A stretch of DNA of 63,932 bases, counting the filler, from Octopus bimaculoides (Eukaryota), in the NCBI RefSeq assembly GCF_001194135.2. It is 6 parts of 6 records of this genome, joined end to end, with 100 filler letters (N's around TTAATTAATTAA, not from the genome) between each part and the next. Parts side by side here need not be neighbours in the genome. Positions count along the whole stretch, not along the records: positions 1 to 16,669 come from NC_068987.1; 5 more parts are not named here. One strand, written 5' to 3'. Shown one piece after another: positions 1-12,819 of this stretch. The number at the start of each line of letters is the position of its first letter. Position 1 is the first letter of the stretch. The notes beneath the pieces were generated by a model. The model saw nothing but the letters and a program-made list of their open reading frames with translations. It was not told where the DNA came from and did no database searches. The position numbers and the translations under genes were made by a program.

Positions 1-73
<73 letters not shown>

Positions 74-78
74 CAACC
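1..78 (+). repeat. (TAA)n microsatellite grading into (CAA)n
   Basis: Direct reading: ataataata... then caacaacaac. Confidence 0.98.
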
Positions 79-335
79 TGTTTCCAGAAGAGCAGAAGGG
101 ATGCTGCAAGGGCTCATACGGCTGTAAAGACCAATTATTGATCAATAAAGCCATAACTGAAGACAGCCGCAGAAAGAAGAAAGGCCTCAGTATGGCCTGG
201 GTGAACTACCAAAAGGCTTTCGACAGTGTTCCCCACACGTGGATTCTGGAAACACTAGCCATAAACGAGGTGGCACCAATTATTATAAAATACATAAGGC
301 ACTCAATGAAAAAATGGCATCAGCAGCATCAGTAG
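76..335 (+). mobile_element. R4/Dong-like non-LTR retrotransposon, RT fragment
   Basis: Frame reads LFPEEQKGCCKGSYGCKDQLLINKAI...LSMAWVNYQKAFDSVPHTWILETL, matching RT motifs (EEQKG, DYxKAFDSVPH) of the R4/Dong clade. Abuts (TAA)n. Confidence 0.8.
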
Positions 336-367
336 CAGGAGCAGCAGTAGCAGCAGCAGTATTGTAT

Positions 368-415
<48 letters not shown>

Positions 416-420
416 CAACA
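320..420 (+). repeat. (CAG)n/(TAG)n compound microsatellite
   Basis: Direct reading. Confidence 0.95.
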
Positions 421-1094
421 GTTGTATTTATCACTTATACATCAATAATGATTATAATGTTTATACAACCCACACACCGGATACTCGTTATGTATGTCTT
501 TGAACAAAGAGGATACAAACATTATTCCTCTGAACTGGAAAGAAATAACTACGATCAGTGTTCGGTCAATTTCGTCCAGTAGGCCTTGGGCAATCCTTCT
601 ACCACAGGAACTTCAACACATGGCCAGAGTCGATGTTATATCAAAACGTTAACGTTGTAAAGACGGACCTACCTCTTAATGGCCCAAACATAACCCCAAA
701 AAGAGCTATGGTGAGATATCAACTATTATAATGAAATGATATACGCACACTACAATGTAGCACTCCCCTAAAACATACAGGAAATAAACTCATACGATAA
801 ATACCCTAATGAACAAACTCTACAACATGTACTATAGAGGACCGAGACCAAGAGAACACAACCTGCACTGCACAAACAGTACACAATACAAACACTAATA
901 CAACCGAAAACTCGAAGCAAACCCCATAACAAAACATACTGACGCCTTACAATATTCCCCTAATGACAAAAAGGCAACGTTGCACACACCTCACCAACAA
1001 GAATGTGCAGCAAGTCATGCAACAGAAACTTACTTGAAACTACCAGATGTCAAGAAAATAAAACTTTTATTTTCTGGCATAAAATATTGGAACT

Positions 1095-2350
1095 GTTTCA
1101 GACTAATTTTGGGGTGCTGATTCCTAACCTGACCCCAGATTTGCTCTATCACAACATTTGTGTCATCGATATAGACATTTATTTAACTGGAGTATACCAA
1201 ATGTGAACTTTACACCACTATTTGCGGGAATAATTTTGGCTGGATTGTCATGCTAATTTTGAATATGTTCAAGCTGGGTTTTCCTTTAAAACCCTTTTTC
1301 TCTTTTCAAGTGTGAACTGAACCACTGTGATCTAGTTATGGATACAACATCAAAAAGAAAGACGTGCTGTAATGACTCCGATATGTTCTACTATATCTGT
1401 GAAAACATCATTCCACAGACTCAAAGTTGCAACATTAATAACTTTGTCAAGGAGGTGTATCTTAACCTAATTTAAAGTAGCACTTGGAGACTAGGGGAAA
1501 ACCTGGGCTCCCCATAAAGTTTCCAAAACCTGTGTTGAGACATGGTGTGATGAAGTAGTGGAAACTGCTTCAGATATATGTTTACAACATTTCGAAGTCA
1601 CAGTGACGAGAAGAAGGCAGGACTATTTCACGGACTTCAAATGAGAACACTTCTCAGAGATCCACATTTGGTTAAAACAATGTGTGACTTAGGCTAGTGC
1701 TCGGAATGCCTTCTCCTATATGGGGCAGAATTTTCATGGGAACAGGAAAGGTGACAACTATCAAGAAATTGTGGAAGAGATGATGTTGAGTTTGCAAGAA
1801 CTTGCATAAAGAATGAGCAATAAATTAAACTGCTTACAGTCACATGGGTGGGTTACATTAAAATCTGGGTGATGTTAGCGAAGAACAATGTGAACACTTT
1901 CATCAGCTCATAAAAGTAATGGAAGAACGCTATCAAGGCCGATGGAACTCAAACACGATGGTCAATTACTGCTGGAGTTTGATAAGAGACATTCCAGAAG
2001 TTGTGCACAAGAGATCGTAAAAAAGGTTCTTGCAGTAATAATATGATCAGAATGAATGACGAAAATGAAAAGAAAATTTTCATTTATGTTTTGTTATCAC
2101 CAAGCTTAATACTTACGTGCTAATGTGCATTCACTCCCACAAGTTTGTGCTTCGATTTATTAGCGATTAAAAACAAGGATATGTTGCCTATTAAAAATTG
2201 CATCTGCATATGTTTAAGGTTTCCTTTATGAACATTAAATAGCTGTTTGTAGCATATCAAATTTTTTTTTTATCTCAAACATCTGATGCAATAGACAAAT
2301 CCTGATGTCAGATTTCGATTCAGCACCCCAAAATTAGCTAAACCGTGTGT
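1095..2350 (+). mobile_element. Decayed, internally deleted DNA transposon, probably Chapaev3/CMC-type
   Basis: About 1860-2020 translates NLGDVSEEQCEHFHQLIKVMEERYQGRWNSNTMVNYCWSLIRD (SDEQGERFHQ-like motif). N-terminal C..D.FYYIC and APHKV.KTCVE remnants lie at 1360-1545. Imperfect inverted repeats at 1100-1142 and 2298-2340 (ctaattttggggtgctga / tcagcaccccaaaattag). Superfamily assignment is from memory. Confidence 0.6.
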
Positions 2351-2549
2351 CAGAAAACGTGTTGACAAGTGTAATAGCGGTGATGACGATGGTGACAAAC
2401 GTTACCTTATTTCAGTTTATGAGACACAAGAGTTTTCCCAGAAGCTCTGATGGCAACAGCGAAAATGAGACTGGACCTTTAAAGGAAGGCCTCAGACTGA
2501 CCAAAACTGTTTTCCAAAGAAAGCATCAGCAGCTTATAGAGTAAGGAAA

Positions 2550-5130
2550 AGGAAATGACCAGCGAAGAAAATAGGATAGTGACACAGTGCTGTTTAGGAA
2601 GTAAACCTAAAAGAAGAGGTTATAGAAAACGTATATTAATACTCTGAGTAGTGAAGGATATGTTTAAATGACTGAGCAGAGACAAGTAGACAACGCTAAT
2701 GTTATTAGGAAAAGAAAGTGATAGAATTATAGGTGGAAAGGATCACAAGAGAAATGGAAAAGAAGGACCAGGCAGTAGGAAAGACAAACACATTGGGCAC
2801 CTGTGAATCAAGCGACTCAAGTGAGGAGGATCAGAAGATTTAAGATGAGTGACAGGAAGCAATGAGAAAAGGAGAAAGAAAAAGATTACGTGCGTTAAAT
2901 GGTACCAACACAAGGAAGCTTGATATGACTAGGAAAGTAGATTTTTTATCAGTAGGCTCGAAACTAAAAATATGTGACACTAACTTATTGATCTAAGCAA
3001 GAGGGTAGTTGCTACTAGAAGATTAAATATTACTCGAGGAAAGATTAAAAACATATCTAATGGGGGAAAGGAGATCACAAACTAAAGTGAAAACCCTAAG
3101 ACAAGATCTGAGTAGAACAGAAGCATGAAAACTGAACAAATTAGGAAATGCAAGACTTCAATTTTCTCTTGAGAAAAGATATTTAGTTAAAGAGAAGGGA
3201 TTTGGGACAGTCATGGAAGAGTTGAAACGGCGTTTCAAAGCAGGTAAGCTTTCTAGATATCAGAGTGACTATATCTGTATCAACAAAATATGTTGAGACT
3301 GTCCAGAGATTTTATAGCCACATAAATAGTGGAGTAAGTACTAAAAATGAGAAACCTAAGGCAGAAGAAGCTAGAAAGTTCTGGAGTAATATTGGGATAA
3401 GCCACTCAGCTATAATGGTTAAAGTAAGTAAGTTAAGAAGTTGTCAGTGAGAAGCACTAGGACTAACTAATGCATCAATGAGTAGGAAAGATGCGGGTCC
3501 AGGACCAGATTTAGTTCAAGAAATATAGTTGCATATATGGGAAACTGGGAGAACAACTTCAGGATTGCCTGAATTGAAGAGTAATACCACATTGGATGAT
3601 TTGAGCGATAACAGTACTCTTTAGGAAAGTAAAAAAACAGGGGTAATACAGCTAGTAACTATAGATCAATCACTTGCTTACCTTTAGTGTGGAAGCTCTC
3701 AGAAAGTATATACGAGCACCTAGGCAGTCGGAATTTGCTACCAGGACAGAAAGGCTGCAGAGTGAGGGTTAGAGTAGCGCATGATTTATTACACATAGAC
3801 AATGCAATTCTAAATGAAATAAAATCTAGAAAGAAAAATTTAGCAATAGCATCGAAAGATTATAAGATAGCCTATGACATTATCCCATACTGATGTGTAA
3901 TTGAATGTTTGAGTATATTTAATGTTACAGACAACATAATAGAATTAATTAGCTTTAGCATGAAGAAATGGAAAGTAGACTACTATTCAAGTCATTCCTA
4001 TTTCGGGAAAGTAGATCCCAAGGTAACAAATAATTGATCCTGCTCAAGTTAGTAGTCAGAAAAGCAGAGACAAACTATCAGCATAGAAATAGTAATAAAG
4101 AAAGTTTTATTTGAAGCTTTTTACTACTAAATAATAAGAAATAGAATCTTTAATGCAAACTTTAAGCCATTTGGGCAAAGATAAAGGGTTGGAATTTGAC
4201 ATAAATGAGTCCATCATATTAGTCATAGAATGAGAAAAGTACTCAGCAGTAAAGCTATGTTAATACAAGGTGACCAGATGTTAAAAGTGAGAGAATGTCC
4301 TGAGCATCTATGAGTATTACAATCTGACCGAGAACTAATTATGGAAATGAAAGCGAAACTGAAGAAGTGTACAAGAAGGTTGAGGAAGCTATTGAAATCA
4401 AGCTAAATGGTCCGAAAATAATGAAGACTGTAAATACTTGGGCAGTATCGTTACTTAGATATTTAGCAGCCTTTGTAGGTGAGACAAAGTTTGAAGCAGC
4501 AAAGCTAGGTAGAAGAACTAGGATGGAATGGAATTCTTTGATAATGGGGGACTTCTTCCAAGAGCAATAGTCGCAAGATTATACTACCCCATGATAGGAA
4601 AGTAGTATAGGTTTATCATCAGTGGAAGTCTGTTTCGAGTCAGCTAGAGTAGATATAGCCTCCTATGTAGGCAGGAGTGAGAACATTTTAAGTGCTGCTG
4701 GGGTAACTGGAGGAGATAGGGGAACCAAAGAAAAAGAACATAGAAGTAGTTAAACCCAGAAAATAGAAGCAAATATTAACTGACTGGCAAGTGAATGTTT
4801 TGTAAGGTAGATATTGATAGATAGTGGCAGTAGTTAATAATAGTGAGATATGGTCGTAGTTGTAAAACGAAGGAATGAAAAGGACACAGAAAATTTGTCA
4901 GTAGTAGTATAAGATCAGGCACAAGATCAGGCATTGAGCAATAACTTGATGGAAGTGGAGGATAGACAAAAATTCAGGAAGATTCTCGATGTCGGTTATG
5001 TTAATAAAAAGCACAAAGTGTTATTCGTATTGTTAGTGAATGTAATATGCTGGCAGAGAAAGTATACAAGAAAAGACATGACAGCCTATAGAGAATAACC
5101 GGGTGAGGATTAGGATTTGACCACATTGAT
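2550..5130 (+). mobile_element. Decayed R4/Dong-like non-LTR retrotransposon (N-terminal region, RT remnants, CCHC region)
   Basis: Broken frames: EENRIVTQCCLGSKPKRRGYRKR; KPKAEEARKFWSNI; LLPGQKGC...DLLHIDNAILNEIKSRKKNLAIASKDYKIAYDIIP; KTVNTWAVSLLRY; RCRLC at about 4987-5001. Many stops and frameshifts. Confidence 0.8.
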
Positions 5131-7250
5131 AAGTACTTGAACCTAGTAAATTACTAGCAAGTAAGAAATATAATTCTCACCTTGCTTCCCATGAAACGTA
5201 TGACCAGCTACTTCTAAACTCTTTCGAGTGGGGTAGCTGTGAAGAAGTAGATGTACATGCAGGAACAAAAAACACATTTATGAAGTGCAAAATACGTATT
5301 GTCTACAGCACTGAACTTTATCAAATCAAGCAGAAAACAAGAACTTCTGCATTGTGTAATGAAAAACAAAGTTGATATCTTGAGCATCTAAGAACAGAGG
5401 CATCATCACCCTGACAGAGCTTTGAAGTAAACCAACCTTCATAGATACCAACTTATTACGACCTCTGGTATTAAAAACACCCAAGGCTCTACTATAGGCA
5501 GTGTTGTTACTCTCCTGTTTTCAAGAGCCTCAGAGAACTTGCTCTTTGTGGAGAAAATATCTGACCGCATAACCGTTTCTGTGCTGAGTAGTAACCCTCA
5601 AACCAAATTCATTGCGTGTTCCTGACCAATTAACACAAATGATGAGAAACTTGTAGACGACTTCTAATTCGATCTGAAGTGTCCCTTTCCACAACGTCCT
5701 TGTTATAAGCAGGTGATTTTAATGACCAAAAAGGGAGTGATGATACTCTGTTCACCGACAGCAAGGAGACTAACCTGAGCGGGATACAAATGATTTATTT
5801 TGCTCTCGAGTTCCAATTTCAGATTACAAACACAAGGTTCATGAAACACCCAAAGCGTGTGTGGAGATTCCATCACCCATGTGGATATTGTTTTGAAAAT
5901 TGACTACATACTTATGAGAAACAAGTGTCTGAAACGCAAAGCATACTCCTCACTCGCATCTATTGCCTCAGGTGATAGAGCTGTTTCGATATGCACTGTC
6001 CCCAGCCTTAGATCATCAAAACCACCAGTCTTAAACCTTACAAATCAGGTGGATTGGTCCAAGGTATCATCAGATAAAAAACTTAGCGCACTCATTTGCA
6101 GTAGATTTTAAAAACCGCTTTGAAATGCACTAAAGACAAACTGACGACATTGAAACATAATATAATAACCTCAGAAGAACACAGAAGAAATTACCCTTTC
6201 AAAACTACCAAAGAATGAAAGAATAAAGCACAGATCAATTCATGCAGATGTCCGTGTGAGAGAAGCCCGGCAGCATCTAGAAAGATCGAAACTTAGACAT
6301 GATCAGAGGTCTACTAAAAATAACTTCAAAGACGATTTCAAAGCCCAAGGAAGACTAGATGAGGCATGTGACAATGTAGACACAGGTTACATTCTAGCTG
6401 AAATTAACAAAATTGCAAACTAGCATACTGCAAATCACCCTGTTGCAGTACGGAAATTTATAAACACACTAACTGGTAAAAAACATTAAGGTCTCCATCA
6501 AGCTTAAAGGTGGTTCCTCTGAGAAGCGCAAGGACAACTGGTTTGAACACTTTCAGACATTTCTTGGAGAACCACCACAAACTAGCTGTCTTCTACGTAC
6601 TCTACACCAAATATCTAATGTATTAGACACCAACACGGACCTTTTTCACATTGGATGAGCTCAAAGAAGCTCTCAGTAGTAAATCTCCAGAAATAAATCT
6701 CTCAGTAATAAATCTCCAGGTCTCGATAACTAATATACCAACATTACTATGGAAAGATCCAATATTTCATGAAATCTTACTCGGTTTCTGCAATGACATA
6801 TATGCACATCATTTGCCTTCAACAGCTTGGATGAAGTGCGGAATTGCCCATGTCCCGAAGAAGGTGATCCAACAAGTGCAGCAAATTATAGAGGCATTAC
6901 GCTGATCCCAACTGCAGTAAAAGTTTATAGCAAACTTCTGCTTAATAGGATTGTACCTATACCCGATCCACTCCTTCGTTGGAATCGGTATGGATTTAGA
7001 AGGGGCTGGTCAACAATTGCTCAAATCCTCTCCACCTGTCGGATACTGGAAGAAATGAAAAACGTTTAACAGGTGCGTCACGATGTGTTTTGTCGACTTT
7101 CGCAAAGCATTTGATTCCATCAGCAGAGAACTTATGTTTAAAATGCATGCACTCTAATGGTATTCTTCCCAGGATTTTTGATGCTATCGGAGCGCCGTAC
7201 ACAAACACCAGTGCTACAGTTATATCTTCTGATGGAGAGACTGGAGTTCC
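5130..7250 (+). mobile_element. Decayed APE-RT LINE (RTE-like), truncated inside RT
   Basis: APE remnants (VDIL..xEHR, GDFN, IDYILMRNK) and RT remnants (VPKKGD...NYRGITLIPTAVKVYSKLLLNRI, GFRRGWST, KAFDSISRE). Ends at ...VISSDGETG. Confidence 0.75.
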
Positions 7251-8750
7251 CTCGTCGATACGGTGTATTCTTTCAGTGCTGATATCAGATTGGAGTTCGG
7301 AATGAAAAAGTGTGATGTGTTAGTCCTGAAGAGAGGCAAAATCAAATGAATAGACGGGCTAGCGATACCGTCGGAAGAGATTATGGAGTAAATGGAAGAG
7401 ACCGGCTACAAGTGATTGGGGATATTGGAAATTCATAAATTGATGGAGAAAGAAATGACAGAATGATTTAAGGTGGAGTACTTGAGCAGACTGAGACTGA
7501 TACTTAATTCGGAATTAAACGGACGGAATAAGATTGAAACTATCAACACTTGGGCGGTTTCACTCCTTAAATATTGAGCAGGGTAATCACATGGACAGTA
7601 GACGAAGTAAACAGCTTAGACAGAAATTCAAGGAAATTGCCGACTAGATATGGGAGCCTCTACTGAAAAAATGTTACATACCGACTGTATGTACCAAGAA
7701 AAGGGTGGTAAAAGAACTGATTGGATGCAAACACAGCATTAGAGCGGAAGAAACGTATATAGCACGGTGTGTAATAAATGCCACAGAACCGCTATTAACA
7801 GAAGTAAAAAGGTCGGACTTGTGTAGGATGGAAGATTGCAACGATAAAGCACTTGATAATAAATGAAACTGAAAATAGGTGGATAAAGAAAAGAATGCAT
7901 GGACAATTTCATATGGATGTTAACGATAAGAGAGACAGAGAAAAAAATGACTATGGGGAACTAAATGTGATTTAAAACCGGAAACGGGGGCTCTAATCTG
8001 TGGTGCCCAAGAGCAAGCATTAAGAACTAATTACATTAAATACAATATAAAAAAAACACATCAGAAAGTGATAAGTGCAGAATTTTGGGACAAAACGGTG
8101 AAACCGTATGGCATATTACCAGTCAATATACTCCACTACCCAGAAATAATATGAGACGTCATGTCAACATAGCAAGAATTGTCGAGTGGACACTTTGCAA
8201 CAAGTATGGACTTGACAGCGCAGAAAATTGGTACGAACGTAACCCTGAAGGCATTGTCAATAATGACAATGAAAACATCCTATGGGATCTTGTGACTCAG
8301 CGAGACCATAAGATAGAGAAAAGGAAACCAGACATAGTCTTAAGTGAGAAAGAAAGTAAACGATGCTGGAGCATAGATAAATCATGCCCAGCTGACAACA
8401 AGGTATGCAATAAGGAAGAAAGAAATGTTGATGCATATAACAGTTTAGCTTGGGAGGTTAAGCAGTTGTTGTCGCTGTAAAAGGTGGTAGTAGTGCGAAT
8501 AATTATTGGAGCCATGGGAACAGTGGGTAAAACTCTTGTGAACTACACGGAACAAATAGAGTCTGCAATAAGTGTGGAGCACTTGCAGAAAATAGCTCTG
8601 CTTGGAACCACTCGAATACTCTGGATGGTGCTCGAAAAATAAGGGGTGTTACCTTAGTTTACTGGTAGTGAACAGCAGACTCCGTAGTACATCTCCAGCA
8701 TTAGAAGCTGTACAAAGACAATAAAGTAATGATAATGATAATAATAATTA
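7250..8750 (+). mobile_element. R4/Dong-like retrotransposon, 3' half with restriction-like endonuclease and TAA-type tail
   Basis: DTVYSFSADIRLEFGMKKCDVLVLKRGK; NGRNKIETINTWAVSLL; AQEQALRTNYIK; ORF 8085-8480 with RH..IARIV, ILWD, RKPDIV...WSID.SCP (PD..D RLE); then IIIGAMGTV...LQKIALLGTTRIL; tail gataatgataataataat at about 8730-8750. Confidence 0.88.
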
Positions 8751-8774
8751 TGATGGTAATAAATGTCCTACTGA

Positions 8775-9325
8775 AGTCCTAGGCAATGTTTCTTAAGGCT
8801 TCTGATCTTAACTGAATGGAAGTGTTATCATGTACATCTTTTGTTTCAGTATAAAAGATGGGCTACAGTAAAATTCTACTCAATACCACAGATTTGCTTG
8901 TCAGTTGTTTGATCTTAACCAGTTCAGCATGTCCCTCACTGGTTGATGGCATGTGCATTTACGATAATGAGCAGAAATTTGGGGAGATCATCATAGCCAT
9001 GTGTTGAGAAGAATTCTTTGAAGTTTGAATAATTCACCCTTGGACACATGGTTGTTTCCTTCATCCATAAAAAAATGTATTCAGGAACCTTTTGAGCGAC
9101 ATGGGCTACTCAACCTGAGGAACATTCTAGCAGAGCCCTACCTGCAAGGTCATGTGCTGATTATCGTGATATGAAATCACCATGTCGCGCACATATGTGT
9201 GTGATGCATGTGCCCCGTATACCCTTATCTGACGGGTAGTCATGGTGGGTATATTGGGTTCATATATTTGTACCCAAGTGATACTTTGATGGCATTCGTT
9301 GCTCTCTCACTTTTTAATGTTAATA
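8775..9325 (+). mobile_element. ~560 bp interspersed retroposon-like repeat (family A), TAA-flanked
   Basis: Homologous copies at 20995-21447(-), 33690-33870, 45100-45520 and 45540-46075. Ends ctctctcact... followed by a taataat tail. No ORF. Confidence 0.75.
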
Positions 9326-9705
9326 ATAATATGTAGCAAACCGGAGAGACTGTGTTGCACATTTGACGTAAATTTAGCGGACTTTTGTGTTCCCTGAGAG
9401 AACACAAAAGAGGGCATGGCAATATCGCTAGAACGATTCACCGGAAATTCTGTTGCAAGTTTGTAGTGGAATGAGCTAAAACTCTGTATGGACATGGATC
9501 TAAATGTGTTGTCGAAAATGAAGGTGCAAAGATCCTGTAGGACATCATGATGAAATGTGATCATAGTACTGAACATCGGAAAACCGATATTATTCTGACG
9601 AACAAGGACGCTAATCCTACCTCATGATAGATGTCATCTACCCTGGTGACAGTAGAAACATCGAAAATAAATAACAAAAACTAACACGATATGATGCTTT
9701 TAGGA
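9325..9705 (+). mobile_element. R4/Dong-like RLE-domain fragment
   Basis: Broken frame GHGNIARTIHRKFCCKF...VVENEGAKIL.DIMMKCDHSTEHRKTDII...IDVIYPGD. Confidence 0.7.
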
Positions 9706-10149
9706 GAGAAGTTCAAATGATGTGGTTAATTTAAAAAAGTGTTTGTTTTTTTGTTTTTTTGTTTTTGAGGTATTAGTGCCAGNNNNNNNNNNNNNNNNNN
9801 NNNNNNNNNNNNNNNNNNNNNNNNNNNNNNNNNNNNNNNNNNNNNNNNNNNNNNNNNNNNNNNNNNNNNNNNNNNNNNNNNNNNNNNNNNNNNNNNNNNN
9901 NNNNNNNNNNNNNNNNNNNNNNNNNNNNNNNNNNNNNNNNNNNNNNNNNNNNNNNNNNNNNNNNNNNNNNNNNNNNNNNNNNNNNNNNNNNNNNNNNNNN
10001 NNAAGAATAAAAATGGAAGCATTATTTGATAGTGCAACGAATCTCTGCAAAACTCTCGGGAATGGAAAAGAACGTAACACCTTAGCCCATGAGAAGTGTA
10101 CAGCTATTACATTAATGACATGTCCAGCAACAAGCTGGGTACTTTAGAG

Positions 10150-10260
10150 GAGAAGAAGAAGAAGAAGAAGAAGAAGAAGAAGAAGAAGAAGAAGAAGAAG
10201 AAGAAGAAGAAGAAGAAGAAGAAGAAGAAGATGATGATGATGATGAGGAGGAGGAGGATG
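10150..10260 (+). repeat. (GAA)n-(GAT)n-(GAG)n compound microsatellite
   Basis: Direct reading; source of the poly-K ORF artefact. Confidence 0.97.
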
Positions 10261-10366
10261 GTATTAAAACTAATTTTGATAATTATTTTAATAATAAGTT
10301 ATTGCGGACAAGAAAGAAATGAAACATTTAGAAACATGTTATGGCTTCTTTACTGAAATTTATTAG

Positions 10367-10483
10367 AAAGCAACACACTGCACTCTGTATTGGAGAGAGT
10401 ACATAAACTATGGAAAGATTTTATGCAAAAACAGAATGCTAAGCAAGTCATACCAAAATGTATGATATTCATAACATTGTCAG
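10367..10483 (+). CDS. Candidate internal exon of an unknown gene (117 nt, phase 1/1)
   Basis: tattAG acceptor and CAG/GTAAGA donor. Open frame SNTLHSVLERVHKLWKDFMQKQNAKQVIPKCMIFITLS. No homology recognised. Confidence 0.3.
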
Positions 10484-10984
10484 GTAAGAACAAAGAAATA
10501 AAACGCAGCTTTATCTTCAAATGAAAAGAAAACCGTCTAGTGACAATACTTATCTCGACTTCTTTTCAATCTAGCTCTACCGACAATTACATTAGCAGAA
10601 AGAAAAAAGGATTATCACAAAATGCTAAACTAGAAGGAATCAAGATTCTTCTCTTCTTGCTATTACAACTACATTTAAAGATTCGATAGTAATGTTGAAA
10701 TATATCTATTCGTAGAACTATTCTACAGAAACTTGGTATATTCACCTCAAAAACTATACACGCATTTTACACGTTCATCAACATTCTTAGACAGAACTGT
10801 GGAGACTATTAATCGTTGATAAGGTTGCTATACGTCTAGAGGTGTGACTTGACTTTTCTAGAGACAATTAAAATTATATTATACATAGATATTTTTTTCT
10901 TAATCCGTTATTAATTCTAGATAGTTCTTAAAGCATCCTGCATTAAATTTATTAACATATAGGCTCAAGCGTTCTAGCTTTAGT

Positions 10985-11095
10985 GTCTAACTGCATTGCA
11001 CTTTGGGCAAATGTCTTCTACTATAGCCTAGAGCCAACCAAAGCCTTGTGAATCGATTTAATAGACGGTAACTGAAAGAAACACGTCGAGTGTAT

Positions 11096-11135
<40 letters not shown>

Positions 11136-11630
11136 NNNNNNNNNNNNNNNNNNNNNNNNNNNNNNNNNNNNNNNNNNNNNNNNNNNNNNNNNNNNNNNNN
11201 NNNNNNNNNNNNNNNNNNNNNNNNNNNNNNNNNNNNNNNNNNNNNNNNNNNNNNNNNNNNNNNNNNNNNNNNNNNNNNNNNNNNNNNNNNNNNNNNNNNN
11301 NNNNNNNNNNNNNNNNNNNNNNNNNNNNNNNNNNNNNNNNNNNNNNNNNNNNNNNNNNNNNNNNNNNNNNNNNNNNNNNNNNNNNNNNNNNNNNNNNNNN
11401 NNNNNNNNNNNNNNNNNNNNNNNNNTATATGCATATATGCGTGTATGTTTGTTTGTCCCCACCGCCACCGCTTGACAATCGGCGCTGAAATGTTTACGAA
11501 CTCGTAACTTAGAGGTTCGGAAAAATTAACTAATACAATAAGTACTGCGGTTGATACATTCGACTAAGAATTCTTCAATGTCTTACCCCAGCATGGCCGC
11601 AGTCTAATGCCTGAAACAAGCAGAAGATAT
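10985..11630 (+). mobile_element. SINE family 1 (tRNA-type head, internal microsatellite), 5'-eroded, gap inside
   Basis: ttgggcaaatgtcttctactatagcc ... (TA)n gap ... cttgacaatcgg...cagcatggccgcagtc...gaaacaag; matches the complete copy at 28904-29250. Confidence 0.85.
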
Positions 11631-11899
11631 AGACTTTACTTCTTCCTTGTCTTGTATACGTGCTTACAGTTGTTTATTCTGAGTACATTAGTATATATCT
11701 TTACGTGTTTCAAAGGATGAACAATAATGATGATACCAAAAAGTTAATATGTAATATGCCAGGTACCAAGAATTTCATTTCAATATCTCTCCCTGTAAGA
11801 ATTGTGTAATAATGAATCTGACTTTAGAAACTAAAACAAGTACCAATGCATCTCATATTTGCAGATCGCATATTTTTCATTCAGAGAACACTCCATATT

Positions 11900-12610
11900 T
11901 TCTAGATTGATGTCTGGGGAATTAGGAGGCTAAATGTTAGGGTTTGTGTGATCATAAAAATGTTCAGCCATCCATTTCTGTGTTACTAGAGCCATGTGGG
12001 AGAAAGTAAGGAGGCATCACATGTCTTTCAATGCTGACAACTCCTAACACCATGACAGTTGAAGGAAATTTTGGATGCATAAAACGTGGAACCTTATAAG
12101 TGACGGCAGAGAACTAACTGTCATTTCTTCTGTTAAATTTTTGATCTTGGTCGAAGTTTTTCTCGTTTGAGAAAAACCAAATCAAATTTTCTGCCGGATT
12201 TTTCAATTTCATTAGGTGCCTTTCAGATCTGATGTAGTAATTTTCTTTTACTTTTTATGACAAGTTGAGCTTTCCTCATCATATAAGACTTATATTTGAT
12301 GTCTTCTTTCACAGCATTTCTGACTGTTCCTTCTGAGATAGAGAGATCTTTTGTAATTGACCTCATGAAATTTCTGGGATTGTAATCAATGGTCCGTTGA
12401 ACTTGCTGGATAAATTCAAGTGTTCTTATGATTTCAGAGCGTTTAGAATGCTTTTTTCATGCTTTGATACTGGTGATACGTTTCCATCTTCACTCTCTAG
12501 CTCCTTACAAACTTTGTAGACGAAAGATCTGGCAACTTTTAAAAATCAAGATATTTCTAAATTGCTATGCTCGGTCTTTATAAGCATAATAACAGCATGT
12601 CTCTTCATTG
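11900..12610 (-). mobile_element. Tc1/mariner superfamily DD37D (maT-like) transposase remnant, internally deleted
   Basis: Minus strand: MKRHAVIML...SISEGTVRNAVKEDIKYKSY...WFFSNEKNFDQDQKFNRRND...KFPSTVMVLGVVS..HVMPPYF...PPNSPDIN. Confidence 0.75.
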
Positions 12611-12819
12611 CTTGAGCAAGCTGAGCGTCTGCCATTATTATCTTCTGAAAGAAAGATTATCTACAGTTATCAAAAAATGCAGCAATGGCCCCAAAATTTC
12701 GCTGTTGTTGTTTACAAACTAAAATCACCTTACCTTCAAAGACTTGTAAGCTTTCAGTATTTCATCTTCCTCCCGGTCTATTTCCGAAAACTATATCATC
12801 GCTTTTCTTAATATTTCAG

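Noticed and set aside
430-1000. Complex sequence between the microsatellite and the DNA transposon
   Set aside because: Multiple stops in the frames read; no identifiable family
5130-5250. Hairpin cagctac/gtagctg at the LINE 5' end as a possible HDV-like ribozyme
   Set aside because: Could not build the nested double pseudoknot by eye
10005-10145. MEALFDSATNLCKTLG...EKCTAITL, possible Dong RT scrap
   Set aside because: Too short and diverged to support
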